Below, in pieces: positions 9,761-19,438 of a DNA stretch of 64,000 nt (within the stretch, counting starts at the first letter, position 1; each line of letters starts with the position of its first letter). Source of the stretch: Opitutia bacterium. Its GTDB lineage: Bacteria > Verrucomicrobiota > Verrucomicrobiia > Opitutales > Opitutaceae. Both the position numbers and the translations under genes were made by a program. The DNA lies in the NCBI GenBank assembly GCA_947478395.1, contig CANJVR010000004.1, forward strand, positions 224,001-288,000, read 5' to 3'. The notes under the pieces were generated by a model that saw only the letters and a list, made by a program, of their open reading frames with translations, was not told the origin of the DNA and searched no databases.

Positions 9761-12346
9761 ATGGATCTCAACACGTTTACTCAAATGTCCCGGCAGGCCG
9801 TCACCGACGCTCAGGCCGCGGCGCGCCGCCTCAATCATAACGAGGTCGATACATGGCATCTGTTGTCAGCGTTGCTCACGCAAGAAAACGGGCTCGTCTC
9901 CGGTCTCGTCGACAAGCTGGGCGTGACGGCGGGCGGTCTCGCGCTGGCGGTTGATCGTGAACTGGAACGCCTGCCGAAGGTCACCGGCAGCGTCGACACG
10001 TCGAAGGTGTACGTCACGCAGGCCGTCAACGACGTCTTCAGTCGGGCCGAGGCCGAGGCCAAATCGCTCAAGGATGAGTTCATCTCGGTGGAGCATCTTT
10101 TCCTGGGGCTCATCGACGTCGCCAAGCCCGACGCGTTGAAAAAACTCTTCGCGAGCTTCGGACTGGATCGCGCCAAGGTGCTGAAAACGTTGAAGGAAGT
10201 TCGCGGCAACCAGCGGGTGACGACCGACAATCCCGAGGCGACTTATCAAGCGCTGGAAAAATACGGCGTCGATCTCGTCGCGCAGGCGCGGAAGGGAAAG
10301 ATGGATCCGGTGATTGGCCGCGACGAAGAAATCCGCCGCACCATTCGCATCCTCTCGCGGAAAACCAAAAACAATCCCGTGCTCATCGGCGAACCCGGCG
10401 TGGGCAAGACCGCGATCGTCGAAGGTCTCGCGCAGCGCATCCTCCGCGGCGATGTGCCCGAGGGGCTGAAGGACAAAATCATTTTCTCCCTCGACATGGG
10501 CTCGCTCGTCGCGGGCGCCAAATATCGCGGCGAATTTGAAGAGCGTCTGAAAGCCGTGCTCAACGAGGTGAAGCAGAGCGACGGGCGCATCATTTTGTTC
10601 ATCGACGAACTGCACACCATCGTCGGCGCCGGGAAGACCGAGGGCGCGATGGATGCGGGCAATCTGCTCAAGCCCATGCTCGCGCGCGGCGAGTTGCACT
10701 GCATCGGGGCGACGACGCTCGATGAATATCGGCAGCACATCGAGAAGGACGCGGCGCTCGAGCGGCGTTTTCAACCGGTGGTGGTGGACCAGCCGACGGT
10801 CGAGGACGCGCTGTCGATTTTGCGCGGGATCAAGGAACGCTTCGAACTGCACCACGGCGTGCGCATCCAGGACAACGCACTCGTCGCGGCCGTCACGCTC
10901 TCCAACCGCTACATCACGGACCGTTTCCTGCCCGACAAAGCGATCGATCTCATGGACGAGGCGTGTGCGATGATCCGCACCGAAATGGATTCGATGCCGC
11001 AAGAGCTCGATGAGCTTACGCGCAAGGTCCTTCGTTTTGAGATCGAGGAAACCGCGCTCGCGAAAGAAAAAGACGAAGCGAGCAAGCGGCGACTCGATGT
11101 GCTGCGCAAGGAGCTCGCCGAAGACCGGGAGAAGGCGCAGGGCATCAAGCTCCACTGGGAAAAAGAAAAGGCCTCCGTCCAGAAGACGCGCAAACTGCGC
11201 GAGGAGATTGAAACCCTCCGCCTCGAAATGGAAAAAGCCGAGCGCGCCTACGATTTGAACAAGGTCGCGGAGTTGCGCCACGGGAAGATTCCGCAGATGG
11301 AGGAAGAGTTGAAGCGCCTCGAAAAGAAGGGCCGCGACACGACGACGCTATTTAAGGAAGAAGTTTCCGAAGAGGAAATCGCCGAGGTCGTCTCCAAGTG
11401 GAGCGGAGTGCCCGTCACGCGTCTCGTGGAAGGCGAGAAGGACAAACTGCTCCGGCTGGAAGACGTGTTGCACGAGCGCGTGATCGGTCAGGACGAGGCC
11501 GTGACGCTGGTGACGGAGGCGATTTTGCGCGCGCGCAGCGGCATCAAGGACCCGCGCCGGCCGGTCGGCAGTTTTCTTTTTCTCGGCCCGACGGGTGTCG
11601 GCAAAACGGAGCTGGCAAAGACGCTGGCTGAAACGCTCTTCGACGCCGAAGCCGCGATGGTGCGCATCGATATGTCGGAGTACATGGAGAAGCACAGCGT
11701 TTCGCGCCTGATCGGCGCGCCTCCCGGCTACGTCGGCTACGACGAAGGCGGCCAGCTCACCGAGGCGGTGCGGCGGAAGCCCTATGCGGTGATCCTCTTC
11801 GACGAAATCGAGAAGGCGCATCCGGATGTTTTCAACGTGCTGCTGCAGGTGCTCGACGATGGCCGCATCACGGATTCGCAGGGGCGCACCGTGGATTTCA
11901 AGAACACGATCATCATCATGACCTCGAACCTCGGTTCGCGTTTTCTCCTCGAAGGCGTCACGGGCAACACGATTCCCGAGAGTGTGCGCGAGAGTGTCAT
12001 GGCGGACGTGCGCAAGGCGTTCCGCCCGGAATTCCTAAACCGCATCGACGAGATGATTCTCTTCAAGCCGCTGACGCTCGAGGAAATCACGAGCATCGTG
12101 GACCTGTTGCTGGTCGATTTGAACAAGCGCCTCGCGGACCGCCGCGTGACGGTCGTGCTCGACAAAAAAGCCAAGGACTGGGCCGCGGAAAAAGGTTATG
12201 ATCCGGTCTTCGGTGCACGGCCTTTGAAGCGCTTTCTGCAGCGCCAGATCGAGACGAAGCTCGCCCGCGCCCTGATCAGTGACGAAGTCAAAGAAGGCAG
12301 CGAGGTGAAGTTCAGTGTGAAGGACGGGGAATTGGCGATGAAGTGA
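9761..12346 (+). CDS. clpB: ATP-dependent chaperone ClpB
   Basis: Clp N domain, two Walker A motifs ([16 protein letters not shown]), coiled-coil middle domain, GARPLKR. Confidence 0.97.
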   Translation: MDLNTFTQMSRQAVTDAQAAARRLNHNEVDTWHLLSALLTQENGLVSGLVDKLGVTAGGLALAVDRELERLPKVTGSVDTSKVYVTQAVNDVFSRAEAEAKSLKDEFISVEHLFLGLIDVAKPDALKKLFASFGLDRAKVLKTLKEVRGNQRVTTDNPEATYQALEKYGVDLVAQARKGKMDPVIGRDEEIRRTIRILSRKTKNNPVLIGEPGVGKTAIVEGLAQRILRGDVPEGLKDKIIFSLDMGSLVAGAKYRGEFEERLKAVLNEVKQSDGRIILFIDELHTIVGAGKTEGAMDAGNLLKPMLARGELHCIGATTLDEYRQHIEKDAALERRFQPVVVDQPTVEDALSILRGIKERFELHHGVRIQDNALVAAVTLSNRYITDRFLPDKAIDLMDEACAMIRTEMDSMPQELDELTRKVLRFEIEETALAKEKDEASKRRLDVLRKELAEDREKAQGIKLHWEKEKASVQKTRKLREEIETLRLEMEKAERAYDLNKVAELRHGKIPQMEEELKRLEKKGRDTTTLFKEEVSEEEIAEVVSKWSGVPVTRLVEGEKDKLLRLEDVLHERVIGQDEAVTLVTEAILRARSGIKDPRRPVGSFLFLGPTGVGKTELAKTLAETLFDAEAAMVRIDMSEYMEKHSVSRLIGAPPGYVGYDEGGQLTEAVRRKPYAVILFDEIEKAHPDVFNVLLQVLDDGRITDSQGRTVDFKNTIIIMTSNLGSRFLLEGVTGNTIPESVRESVMADVRKAFRPEFLNRIDEMILFKPLTLEEITSIVDLLLVDLNKRLADRRVTVVLDKKAKDWAAEKGYDPVFGARPLKRFLQRQIETKLARALISDEVKEGSEVKFSVKDGELAMK

Positions 12347-12452
12347 GCGAGGGCGAAGAGCAGGTAGCGGCGGGATCGCAGGGCGCGCGCGTCTCGCGGA
12401 GCGGCGAGATGAAATGTATCGCGGATGCGCGTGAACCCGGGCTAGGGCAACC

Positions 12453-12506
12453 TGACCCCGTTTGGGTCGTGTCGCGCGTTTGGGTCGTGTGACCCCGTTT
12501 GGGTCG
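12453..12506. repeat. Short tandem repeat at the edge of the R-M island
   Basis: TGACCCCGTTTGGGTCG twice plus a central CGTTTGGGTCGTGT. Confidence 0.7.
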
Positions 12507-12508
12507 CC

Positions 12509-14746
12509 TTACCCGATGGTCACCGGCACGAGGGTCATCGTGTCGTTGCCGAAGATATCGATGACCTTCACGGCGACGACGTAGCGGCCAGGTTTCGCGT
12601 AAACGTGGCTCGCGCTTACGAGGTCGAGGTCGCGGTCCTGACGCGTGCGGAAGCTCTGCCACTCGTTTTCGAAGATGTAGGCGCCGGTCCAGCGTTCCTC
12701 GAAATCGATGAACTCGCCCTCATCTTTGATGACGCCGGGCAGCTCGCCTTCCACCCCGAAGCCCTTCGCCTGTTTGATGATTTCCTTCCGGCTCTCGTAG
12801 TCGAAATCGACAGCCCAGTAATCTACCCAGTCGGTCCACTTCTTTGTGAGCACGTCGCGAGAAACGATGCCGTGCTTGTCTTTGCTGACCTTGATGAGCT
12901 TGCCCTGCTCGCAGACGACTTCGCTTTTGCCTTCCTTCAACTCGGCTGCGATGGCCTCAGCGATACCTTGCGAATAATAAACCGAGAAGTCCGACAGCTC
13001 CACGGCGAGCGCTAGCTTGTTCTTTTCGTCGAAGCGTGGCGTGACTTCGATGTAGGCGACGTCGTGGAAGCGCACTTGGCCTTTCTCGACGGCCCGTTTG
13101 TCGAAGACCTCGGGCGGTATGGTTTTCGGCGCGAGGTCGATGCCCTTGTGTTTGGCCTCATCGAGCACGGCGGGGAACAGGCCCATCTCGAACTCGAACG
13201 CCAACACATCCGCGCGCGATGCACCGCGCTTGCGGCACTCGGTAATGACTTCCTCCACGAAGAGCCGGCCCACGGGCAAATTGATCGGGCCTACGACCAC
13301 GAGCCGACCGCCGTTTTTACCGTGGAAGAAACCGGCGTCGGGCAACGGCTCCGCGCGGTAGGCTTTGAGGATCAGGTCGCGGAACTCGCGTTCCTTCCGG
13401 GCGAGCGCGTCAGCCTTCTTTTTCGCAGAAAGATTCGTTGAAACATTGAAATAGTTCTGTCGTTCGTAGCGGCCGAGGTTGAGCACCTCGAAGGCGCGAA
13501 ATGGTTTGCCGGTGGCCTTCAAGTCGCGCTGCACACCGATGAGCCGCTTGCGCGTGGTATGAATGCCGAACTTGCCGAGGTCGGTAGCGATCCATTTGCG
13601 CCCGAGTTTTTCGGCCACGGCGGCGGTCGTGCCGCTGCCGCAGAAGAAGTCTGCCACCAAATCACCTTCGTTGCTGCTGGCTTGGATGATTCGCTCCAAA
13701 AGTTTTTCAGGCTTTTGGGTTGGGTAAACAACGTCTGCAAGACGGTTGATGTCACTCCAAACCGTCTCGACAACTTTACCGTCTTTCGCGTTCAAGTATT
13801 GCTTCAATTTCGGCCCACTATCCGTGTCGGCAATTAGCCCTTGCGTCCGAAATTTATCAATAGACTGCGCAGAATAGTCACGAAGCTCTTGTAGGCGATA
13901 TTTCCCATTTTCGTCCTGATGTTTATACTGTTTCAGCGTGCTTTCTTGGTAGTCCTCTCGTGGAAGATTAAAGCTCCAACCCTCCCTGTTCCGATAGAGG
14001 TAAATGGAATCGTGGTTCTTTGGAAATTGAGACAAATTGTTAGAAGGTCCGAAGAAACTACCTTTCCTCCAGATTATTTCGTTTAGGAACGCATCCACAC
14101 CAAAGACTTCATTCATTACAGCACGGACGAAAGCATTCACCCGCCAATCACAATGCACATAGATGCTACCCTCCGGGTGCATCAAATCCCTCATAAGAAT
14201 CAGCCGCTCGTAGATCATCGCGATGAACGAATCCGCGCCGCGGCCCCAGGTGTCGCGGTAGGCGATTTGCTCGAGAAGGTTCGGCTCTTTGTGGAAGGTC
14301 TCGCCGCCAATCTCGATGTCCATCGAGAAGTCTGCGCCGACGTCGAATGGCGGATCGATGTAGATCAGTTTAAGGCCACCGGCGTCCTCGATTTGGCGGC
14401 GGAGCGCGCCGGACTTGAGCGAGGAAAGGATGAGCTTGTTGTCGCCCCAGATGAGTTTGTTGGTCCAGCCCTTCACTTGTCGCCCGCCGGTGTCGAGGGC
14501 GAGTTCGGTGTCGGCCGATTTCTCCTTCCGCGGCTCGTCGATGTGTTCGAGCGTCTGAAATGGGAGGATAGCGGTGCAGACTTCGCGGGTCTTGCCGTTC
14601 CAGACGAGTTCGACCTCGCGCTTATCGGCGAAGAGCAGGAAGCGGTATTTTTCGGGCAGCGGCTTGCCCTGCTCGATGAGCTTGATGAGGTCGCGTTTCT
14701 CCGCTTCGGAAAATTCGTAGCGATCGGTGTCGGTGGGGCGCGCCAT
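12509..14746 (-). CDS. Site-specific amino-DNA methyltransferase, Type III Mod-like
   Basis: NKLIWGDN, IYIDPPF (motif IV), YPTQKPE, DFFCGSGTT (motif I) in beta-class order; start MARPTD 2 nt after res stop. Confidence 0.9.
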   Translation of the reverse strand: MARPTDTDRYEFSEAEKRDLIKLIEQGKPLPEKYRFLLFADKREVELVWNGKTREVCTAILPFQTLEHIDEPRKEKSADTELALDTGGRQVKGWTNKLIWGDNKLILSSLKSGALRRQIEDAGGLKLIYIDPPFDVGADFSMDIEIGGETFHKEPNLLEQIAYRDTWGRGADSFIAMIYERLILMRDLMHPEGSIYVHCDWRVNAFVRAVMNEVFGVDAFLNEIIWRKGSFFGPSNNLSQFPKNHDSIYLYRNREGWSFNLPREDYQESTLKQYKHQDENGKYRLQELRDYSAQSIDKFRTQGLIADTDSGPKLKQYLNAKDGKVVETVWSDINRLADVVYPTQKPEKLLERIIQASSNEGDLVADFFCGSGTTAAVAEKLGRKWIATDLGKFGIHTTRKRLIGVQRDLKATGKPFRAFEVLNLGRYERQNYFNVSTNLSAKKKADALARKEREFRDLILKAYRAEPLPDAGFFHGKNGGRLVVVGPINLPVGRLFVEEVITECRKRGASRADVLAFEFEMGLFPAVLDEAKHKGIDLAPKTIPPEVFDKRAVEKGQVRFHDVAYIEVTPRFDEKNKLALAVELSDFSVYYSQGIAEAIAAELKEGKSEVVCEQGKLIKVSKDKHGIVSRDVLTKKWTDWVDYWAVDFDYESRKEIIKQAKGFGVEGELPGVIKDEGEFIDFEERWTGAYIFENEWQSFRTRQDRDLDLVSASHVYAKPGRYVVAVKVIDIFGNDTMTLVPVTIG

Positions 14747-14748
14747 GG

Positions 14749-17478
14749 TCAGGATTGGTAGTCGGTGAAGCTGGCGGCGAGGGCCGCGAAGGCGGTGGGC
14801 CGGTGCTGTTCGAAGCCGGCTTGGTCCACATAGACAAAGGCGTAGCACCGGCCGGTTTCGCCGGCTTCGGCGGACTCGGCCGCAGTGGCATCAGCGCACC
14901 ACTGTTTGAGGCGCGCCATCTTCTGCGGGAGGTCGAGTTCCTCGCGGCCCTTGGTCTCGACGAGCCAGACTACACCGTCGGCGGTGCGGACTATGAAATC
15001 GGTGTAGTAGTTGGCGAGGTCGCCGTTGGCGCGCACGTAGTCCAGCTTGAAGCCGACGGCCAAGTAGTTCTTGGCGAAAGCGGATACATCGGGCGCGGCC
15101 TCGAGAAAGTTGGCGAAGCGCAGCTCGAAATTGCCCGCGCGCGGCTCGCCGACGATTTTATTGAAAAGGCTCTTCTTAGGCACGACGTGCTGGCGATAGT
15201 CGGTGCGGAAAGGCCGGGTGTTTTTCAGGCTGATGCGGTCCTCGATGCGTGTGATGCCGGTCTCCTCGATGGTGAGAGCGTTAATCGCAGCCTTGAACGC
15301 GTCGTAGAGAATCTTGCCTGCTTCGGGCTCCGAGAGATTGCGGAGGACGACGGGATCTTCGAGGTCCACGGGCGACGGAGCGAAGAGCTGGTCGCGCATG
15401 AAGTCGCGGACCTTCGGGTAGAGCACCTCATAGCCGCCGACGAGGCGGAGGTCCTTAAGCAACTGCCGCGCGAAGAAGGCGACGACGGACCGATAGTCGG
15501 CCACGCCCGCGCCATCGAGCGAGATGGTGTGATGCACCTCGGCATCGAGCATCGTCTTGAAGACGATCTCGCGTGTCTCTTCCGGTGTGAACGGTTTCAG
15601 CGGGAGCGTGCGATTGCCGAACGTCGCGGGATCGAGCGCAGCGAGATTTTTGAACTCGCGCTGGTAGCGGCGCGTGAGGCGCGGAAGCGGGATGTCGAGG
15701 GCATCAACGTCCTTGGTTTCGTCCTCGGTATCGACCTCGACGATGATCGATTCGTGGCGCTCGGTGCCCTGGCCCATCGGCACGCGCTCGAAGCTGACGC
15801 CTTCGCTCTGGATGGACTCGACGAAGTCCATGAATGTTGGCGTGCCCAAAACGGACACGGTCTCGCGCACGACATCGTTGCCGAAATACATCCGGCGCAG
15901 GCCGCGGCCGAGCGTCTGCTCGGGGAGAATGTCGCTCTTCGAAGCGTAGGCGCGCAGACCGCAGATGACGGTGACGTTCCGAACATCCCAGCCCTCCTTG
16001 AGCATGAGGACGGAGACGATGGCCTTGTAGGGCGACTTGAGGGTGTCGATGGAGTTGGCCTCCTTGCGGAGCTTTTCGAGTTCCTCCTTGTTCTTGCCGG
16101 AGGCGGCTTCGGAAATCTCGCCGTTGTTCTTCGTGTGAATGACGAGCACGCCGTCCTGCAACTCGGGGCAGATTTTTTGAAGGTATTCGCCGACCTCGTC
16201 GCAGTTGCGCGTGTCGTCCACCATGACGAAGAGCACGGCCTTTTTTCCAAGGGCGTGATGCTCGGCCTGGCTCTTGCGCCACTCCTCGACGCCGAGGCGG
16301 AGGTAGTCGTCGTATTTCTCCGTGAAGATCGAACTCTTGCGGTCGGTGAGTTTTGCCCGGCTGGCGGCGTCGGGGAGGACGGGATGTTTGACGACGTTCT
16401 GGTGGATCGCCTCGACGAGCGGGTAGTCAGAGACGGTCTGGACGAAGATGGCGCCGTTTTCGTGGCGCGGGGTGGCGGTGACATCGATCTGGAGCGCGAG
16501 GCGGCGGTCCTTCTGGAGCATCTTGTGGTGGATGTCCTCGATGGATTTGAACCACGCCATGCGCGGGTCGTGGATGTGGTGCGCCTCGTCGTTGAAGACG
16601 GCGAGTTCCTCGATCTCGCGCACGATCTCACCGAGGTCGGTCTTGCTGTCGGTGGTCTTGCCGGCGGGTTTTTCACCGAAGGCGTCGGCGAGGAAATAGT
16701 CGCGCAGGTCATCGTCCTCCAACGACGGATCGCGGACCTCGCCGAGGAAGACGCGATGGATGTTCGTGAGAAAAAGATTGCCGGTCTCACGGACGAGTCG
16801 GACGTCGTCCTGGATGTGAAGCGTGAGCTGGAAATCGTCGCGCCAGTTACGGCCCGCATCGCCGTTGGACGGGAGGATAGGGTCGTTGAAGAAAATGCGT
16901 AGCCCGTCGAAGTCCGCGCGGAGGCGATCGAGGACGATGATGTTCGGCGCGATGACGAGGAAGTTGCGTGAGAGAACGGAGTCGGCCTCGTAAAGCCGGT
17001 GGAAAAAACTCCATGCGATGAGCAGAGAGAGAACCTTGGTCTTCCCGGCGCCAGTGGCCATTTTTAGCACGTAGCGCGGCCAGTCCTCGGAAAACATGCC
17101 GCTCGACACAGCACCCGAGGCATCGAAGCGGATCAGGTCGTATTTGTCACGGGCGCGGCGGACCTCATGTAGCCAGATGACGGTCTCGACGGCTTCGCGC
17201 TGGGCGAAGTAGTAGCGGAAGGGCGAGAGCGTGTGATCGGCGTTCTCGGTGAGGTGCTCGGTTTCAAACCAGTGGCGGAGCAGTGCAACGGATGTTGTGG
17301 ATGCGCCGGGATAACCTTTGTCGCGCCATGTCTGAACCTCGATGCGAACCTTGGCGACGAGCGGTGGAAGGAGCTTTTCGTACGCGGTTCCGCGCAATTC
17401 CTCGGCAGCGGGAAACCAGCGTTGCTCGGGAACCAGGGGCGCGTAAGGCGACGACGGAAAATTTGGGTGTAGAGCCAA
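14749..17478 (-). CDS. Type III restriction endonuclease Res-like subunit (SF2 helicase plus PD-(D/E)xK nuclease)
   Basis: MATGAGKT, NDEAHH, TATP, LKEGWDV, QTLGRGLR, C-terminal TDFIV...VETKG; TTG start. Confidence 0.9.
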   Translation of the reverse strand: MALHPNFPSSPYAPLVPEQRWFPAAEELRGTAYEKLLPPLVAKVRIEVQTWRDKGYPGASTTSVALLRHWFETEHLTENADHTLSPFRYYFAQREAVETVIWLHEVRRARDKYDLIRFDASGAVSSGMFSEDWPRYVLKMATGAGKTKVLSLLIAWSFFHRLYEADSVLSRNFLVIAPNIIVLDRLRADFDGLRIFFNDPILPSNGDAGRNWRDDFQLTLHIQDDVRLVRETGNLFLTNIHRVFLGEVRDPSLEDDDLRDYFLADAFGEKPAGKTTDSKTDLGEIVREIEELAVFNDEAHHIHDPRMAWFKSIEDIHHKMLQKDRRLALQIDVTATPRHENGAIFVQTVSDYPLVEAIHQNVVKHPVLPDAASRAKLTDRKSSIFTEKYDDYLRLGVEEWRKSQAEHHALGKKAVLFVMVDDTRNCDEVGEYLQKICPELQDGVLVIHTKNNGEISEAASGKNKEELEKLRKEANSIDTLKSPYKAIVSVLMLKEGWDVRNVTVICGLRAYASKSDILPEQTLGRGLRRMYFGNDVVRETVSVLGTPTFMDFVESIQSEGVSFERVPMGQGTERHESIIVEVDTEDETKDVDALDIPLPRLTRRYQREFKNLAALDPATFGNRTLPLKPFTPEETREIVFKTMLDAEVHHTISLDGAGVADYRSVVAFFARQLLKDLRLVGGYEVLYPKVRDFMRDQLFAPSPVDLEDPVVLRNLSEPEAGKILYDAFKAAINALTIEETGITRIEDRISLKNTRPFRTDYRQHVVPKKSLFNKIVGEPRAGNFELRFANFLEAAPDVSAFAKNYLAVGFKLDYVRANGDLANYYTDFIVRTADGVVWLVETKGREELDLPQKMARLKQWCADATAAESAEAGETGRCYAFVYVDQAGFEQHRPTAFAALAASFTDYQS

Positions 17479-17660
17479 GAGACGTGAACTTTAGCGCCCC
17501 GCTCAACCCCGGCAGACACAGTGTCCTGCAGCGGCGATGCGAGAGGGTGATTTAGAGTCGCGCATGTCCGCGCCGACTTAGCACTACCATTAGTGGGGTG
17601 TAAAGCTTGGGCTATCAATGCTCGGGTGTTTGGTGGCGCGTGCTCCCGCTACCTTTCGCA

Positions 17661-17957
17661 GTGGCAAACGACACGGCGACAAGACTGCTGGCGCGAGTAA
17701 AGGAACTCAGGGAGGCACATGGACTCAGCCAGGAGGCGTTTGCCGAGAAAGCCGGCCTCGGCTACAAATATTATCAGCACGTCGAATCCGGCCGTCGGCG
17801 CGACATCCGCCTCTCCACGCTCGAAAAACTGGCCAAGGCTTGCGGAGTTGAACTTTGGGAACTCCTCAACTTTGAAGCTCCACTCTCCATGCCCGCGGAG
17901 GATCCGATCTCGCATGAGACGCACGCCAAAGTCAGGCGCAAGAGTCGCAGGAAGTAG
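17661..17957 (+). CDS. XRE-family helix-turn-helix regulator
   Basis: VKELREAHGLSQEAFAEKAGLGYKYYQHVESGRR..RLSTLEKLA; probable GTG start. Confidence 0.85.
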   Translation: MANDTATRLLARVKELREAHGLSQEAFAEKAGLGYKYYQHVESGRRRDIRLSTLEKLAKACGVELWELLNFEAPLSMPAEDPISHETHAKVRRKSRRK

Positions 17958-18208
17958 CGCGGGTGGGAAAGCGGGCCGATGCTAAACACCCGTACCGCGG
18001 AGACCAACGGCGGCAGGGCGTGAGTTTGAGTCCCGAGGAGCGTCGGGGTTTCGGCTGTCGGGCGCGGGGAGACCGGCGCCTTGACATGCGGGAACGTGCA
18101 TTGCAGGGACATCGTTGAAGGCGGCACCGCCGCCGTCTCGCAGCTCGTGAGCACACTGATCGTGCGTCGGGAGCTGCACACCCCAACCCTCCCGCCGAAA
18201 TACCCGCC

Positions 18209-19195
18209 ATGAAATCGCTTGTTACTTTTCTATCGATCGCCGCGCTCTTTCTCGCGCCCACTTTAGCCGCGGCGGGCGCCGCCGAATCCAAGCTCGTCGT
18301 TGCGTTCCTGGCCAAGGCCAAGGGCAATGCCTATTTCCTCTCGTGCAAGGGCGGCGCCGATCGCGCCGCGAAGGAGCTGGGGGTCGAGCTGTTGTTCGAC
18401 GGCCCGGTCGATGGCAACGCCGCCAAGCAAACGGAAATCGTCGAGGGCTGGATCGCGCGTCACGTCGACGTGCTGGCGGTCGCGGTCGAAAACAAGGAGA
18501 GCCTCTCCGTCGCCCTCCGCAAAGCGCAGCAGCAAGGCATCAAGGTCGTCACGTACGACTCCGATGCGATGCCCGACGCGCGCACCTTTTTTGTGAACCA
18601 AGCCACGGCCGAGGGCATCGGTTTCGCGCTGATGGACGAAGCGGCCCGGCTCCAGAACGCCGAGGGCGAGTTCGCCGTGATCACCGCGTCGATGGCCAAC
18701 GCGAACCAGCGCGAGTGGATGAAATACATCGAGGCTCGGTTGAAGGAAAAATATCCGAAGATGAAACTCGTCGAGGCCCGGGCGTGCGACGATCGCAAGG
18801 ACAAGGCTCAGTCCGAGACGGCCGCGCTCCTTCAGGCCCATCCCAACGTCAAAGTCATCATGGCCACGTGTTCACCCGGCGTCCCGGGGGCGGCCGAGGC
18901 GGTGAAACAGGCCGGCAAAACGGGCCAGGTGAAAGTGATCGGCTTGGGACTGCCCAATGAAAACAAGCCCTACGTGCATGCCGGCGTGACCGAAAGCGTG
19001 ATCCTCTGGAACACCGGCGACCTCGGCTACCTCACCGTGCAGGCCGCCGTGGCCCTTCGGCGCGGCACGCTCCAGCCCGGCGCCAAGTCTTTCAAGGCCG
19101 GATCGCTCGGCGAATTTGCGATCGCGGGTGACAATATTTTGCTCGGGAAGCCGTTCCTCTTTACGAAGCTCAACATCGATCAATTCGATTTTTAA
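18209..19195 (+). CDS. Periplasmic sugar-binding protein, rhamnose/LsrB-like
   Basis: Signal peptide, KxxGNAYF, VVTYDSD, FFVNQAT, LWNTGDLGY, IDQFDF. Confidence 0.85.
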   Translation: MKSLVTFLSIAALFLAPTLAAAGAAESKLVVAFLAKAKGNAYFLSCKGGADRAAKELGVELLFDGPVDGNAAKQTEIVEGWIARHVDVLAVAVENKESLSVALRKAQQQGIKVVTYDSDAMPDARTFFVNQATAEGIGFALMDEAARLQNAEGEFAVITASMANANQREWMKYIEARLKEKYPKMKLVEARACDDRKDKAQSETAALLQAHPNVKVIMATCSPGVPGAAEAVKQAGKTGQVKVIGLGLPNENKPYVHAGVTESVILWNTGDLGYLTVQAAVALRRGTLQPGAKSFKAGSLGEFAIAGDNILLGKPFLFTKLNIDQFDF

Positions 19196-19258
19196 GGGGG
19201 AATTTCGGAAATTTTTTGACCGCGGATTTTGCGGAAAGCGCGGATCGGTATTTCCGGA

Positions 19259-19317
19259 GTAGCGGAACGCGTAAGCGTTTCGAGGGAGACGAACGAAAGG
19301 TTGGCGGCTTCGGTTAC
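19259..19317. repeat. GTAG-type REP doublet (degenerate)
   Basis: GTAGCGGAACGCGTAAGCGTTTCG facing an inverted related copy ending CTTCGGTTAC. Confidence 0.45.
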
Positions 19318-19334
19318 GACGAACTTTTCTGAGG

Positions 19335-19423
19335 GTAGGGCGGGTTATCCTTAACCCGCCGCTGCGACTCGGCTCATAGGTAGTTCGGAGCTGTTCCGGC
19401 GCGTTAGGGATAACGCGCCCTAC
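19335..19423. repeat. GTAG-type REP doublet (REPIN), copy 1
   Basis: GTAGGGCGGGTTATCCTTAACCCGCC ... GGCGCGTTAGGGATAACGCGCCCTAC; inverted homologue at 60788-60875. Confidence 0.85.
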
Positions 19424-19438
19424 CTTTTCAATCCGCGC

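Noticed and set aside
12453..12506. CRISPR array
   Set aside because: Units too short, no unique spacers, no cas genes
12509..14746. Phase-variable simple repeat in mod
   Set aside because: No repeat tract seen beyond short homopolymers
14755..16902. 715-aa plus-strand ORF and similar long antisense ORFs (3313-5037, 9866-11281, 29513-30919, 32923-34254)
   Set aside because: Shadows of well-supported genes on the opposite strand; expected in high-GC DNA; no motifs
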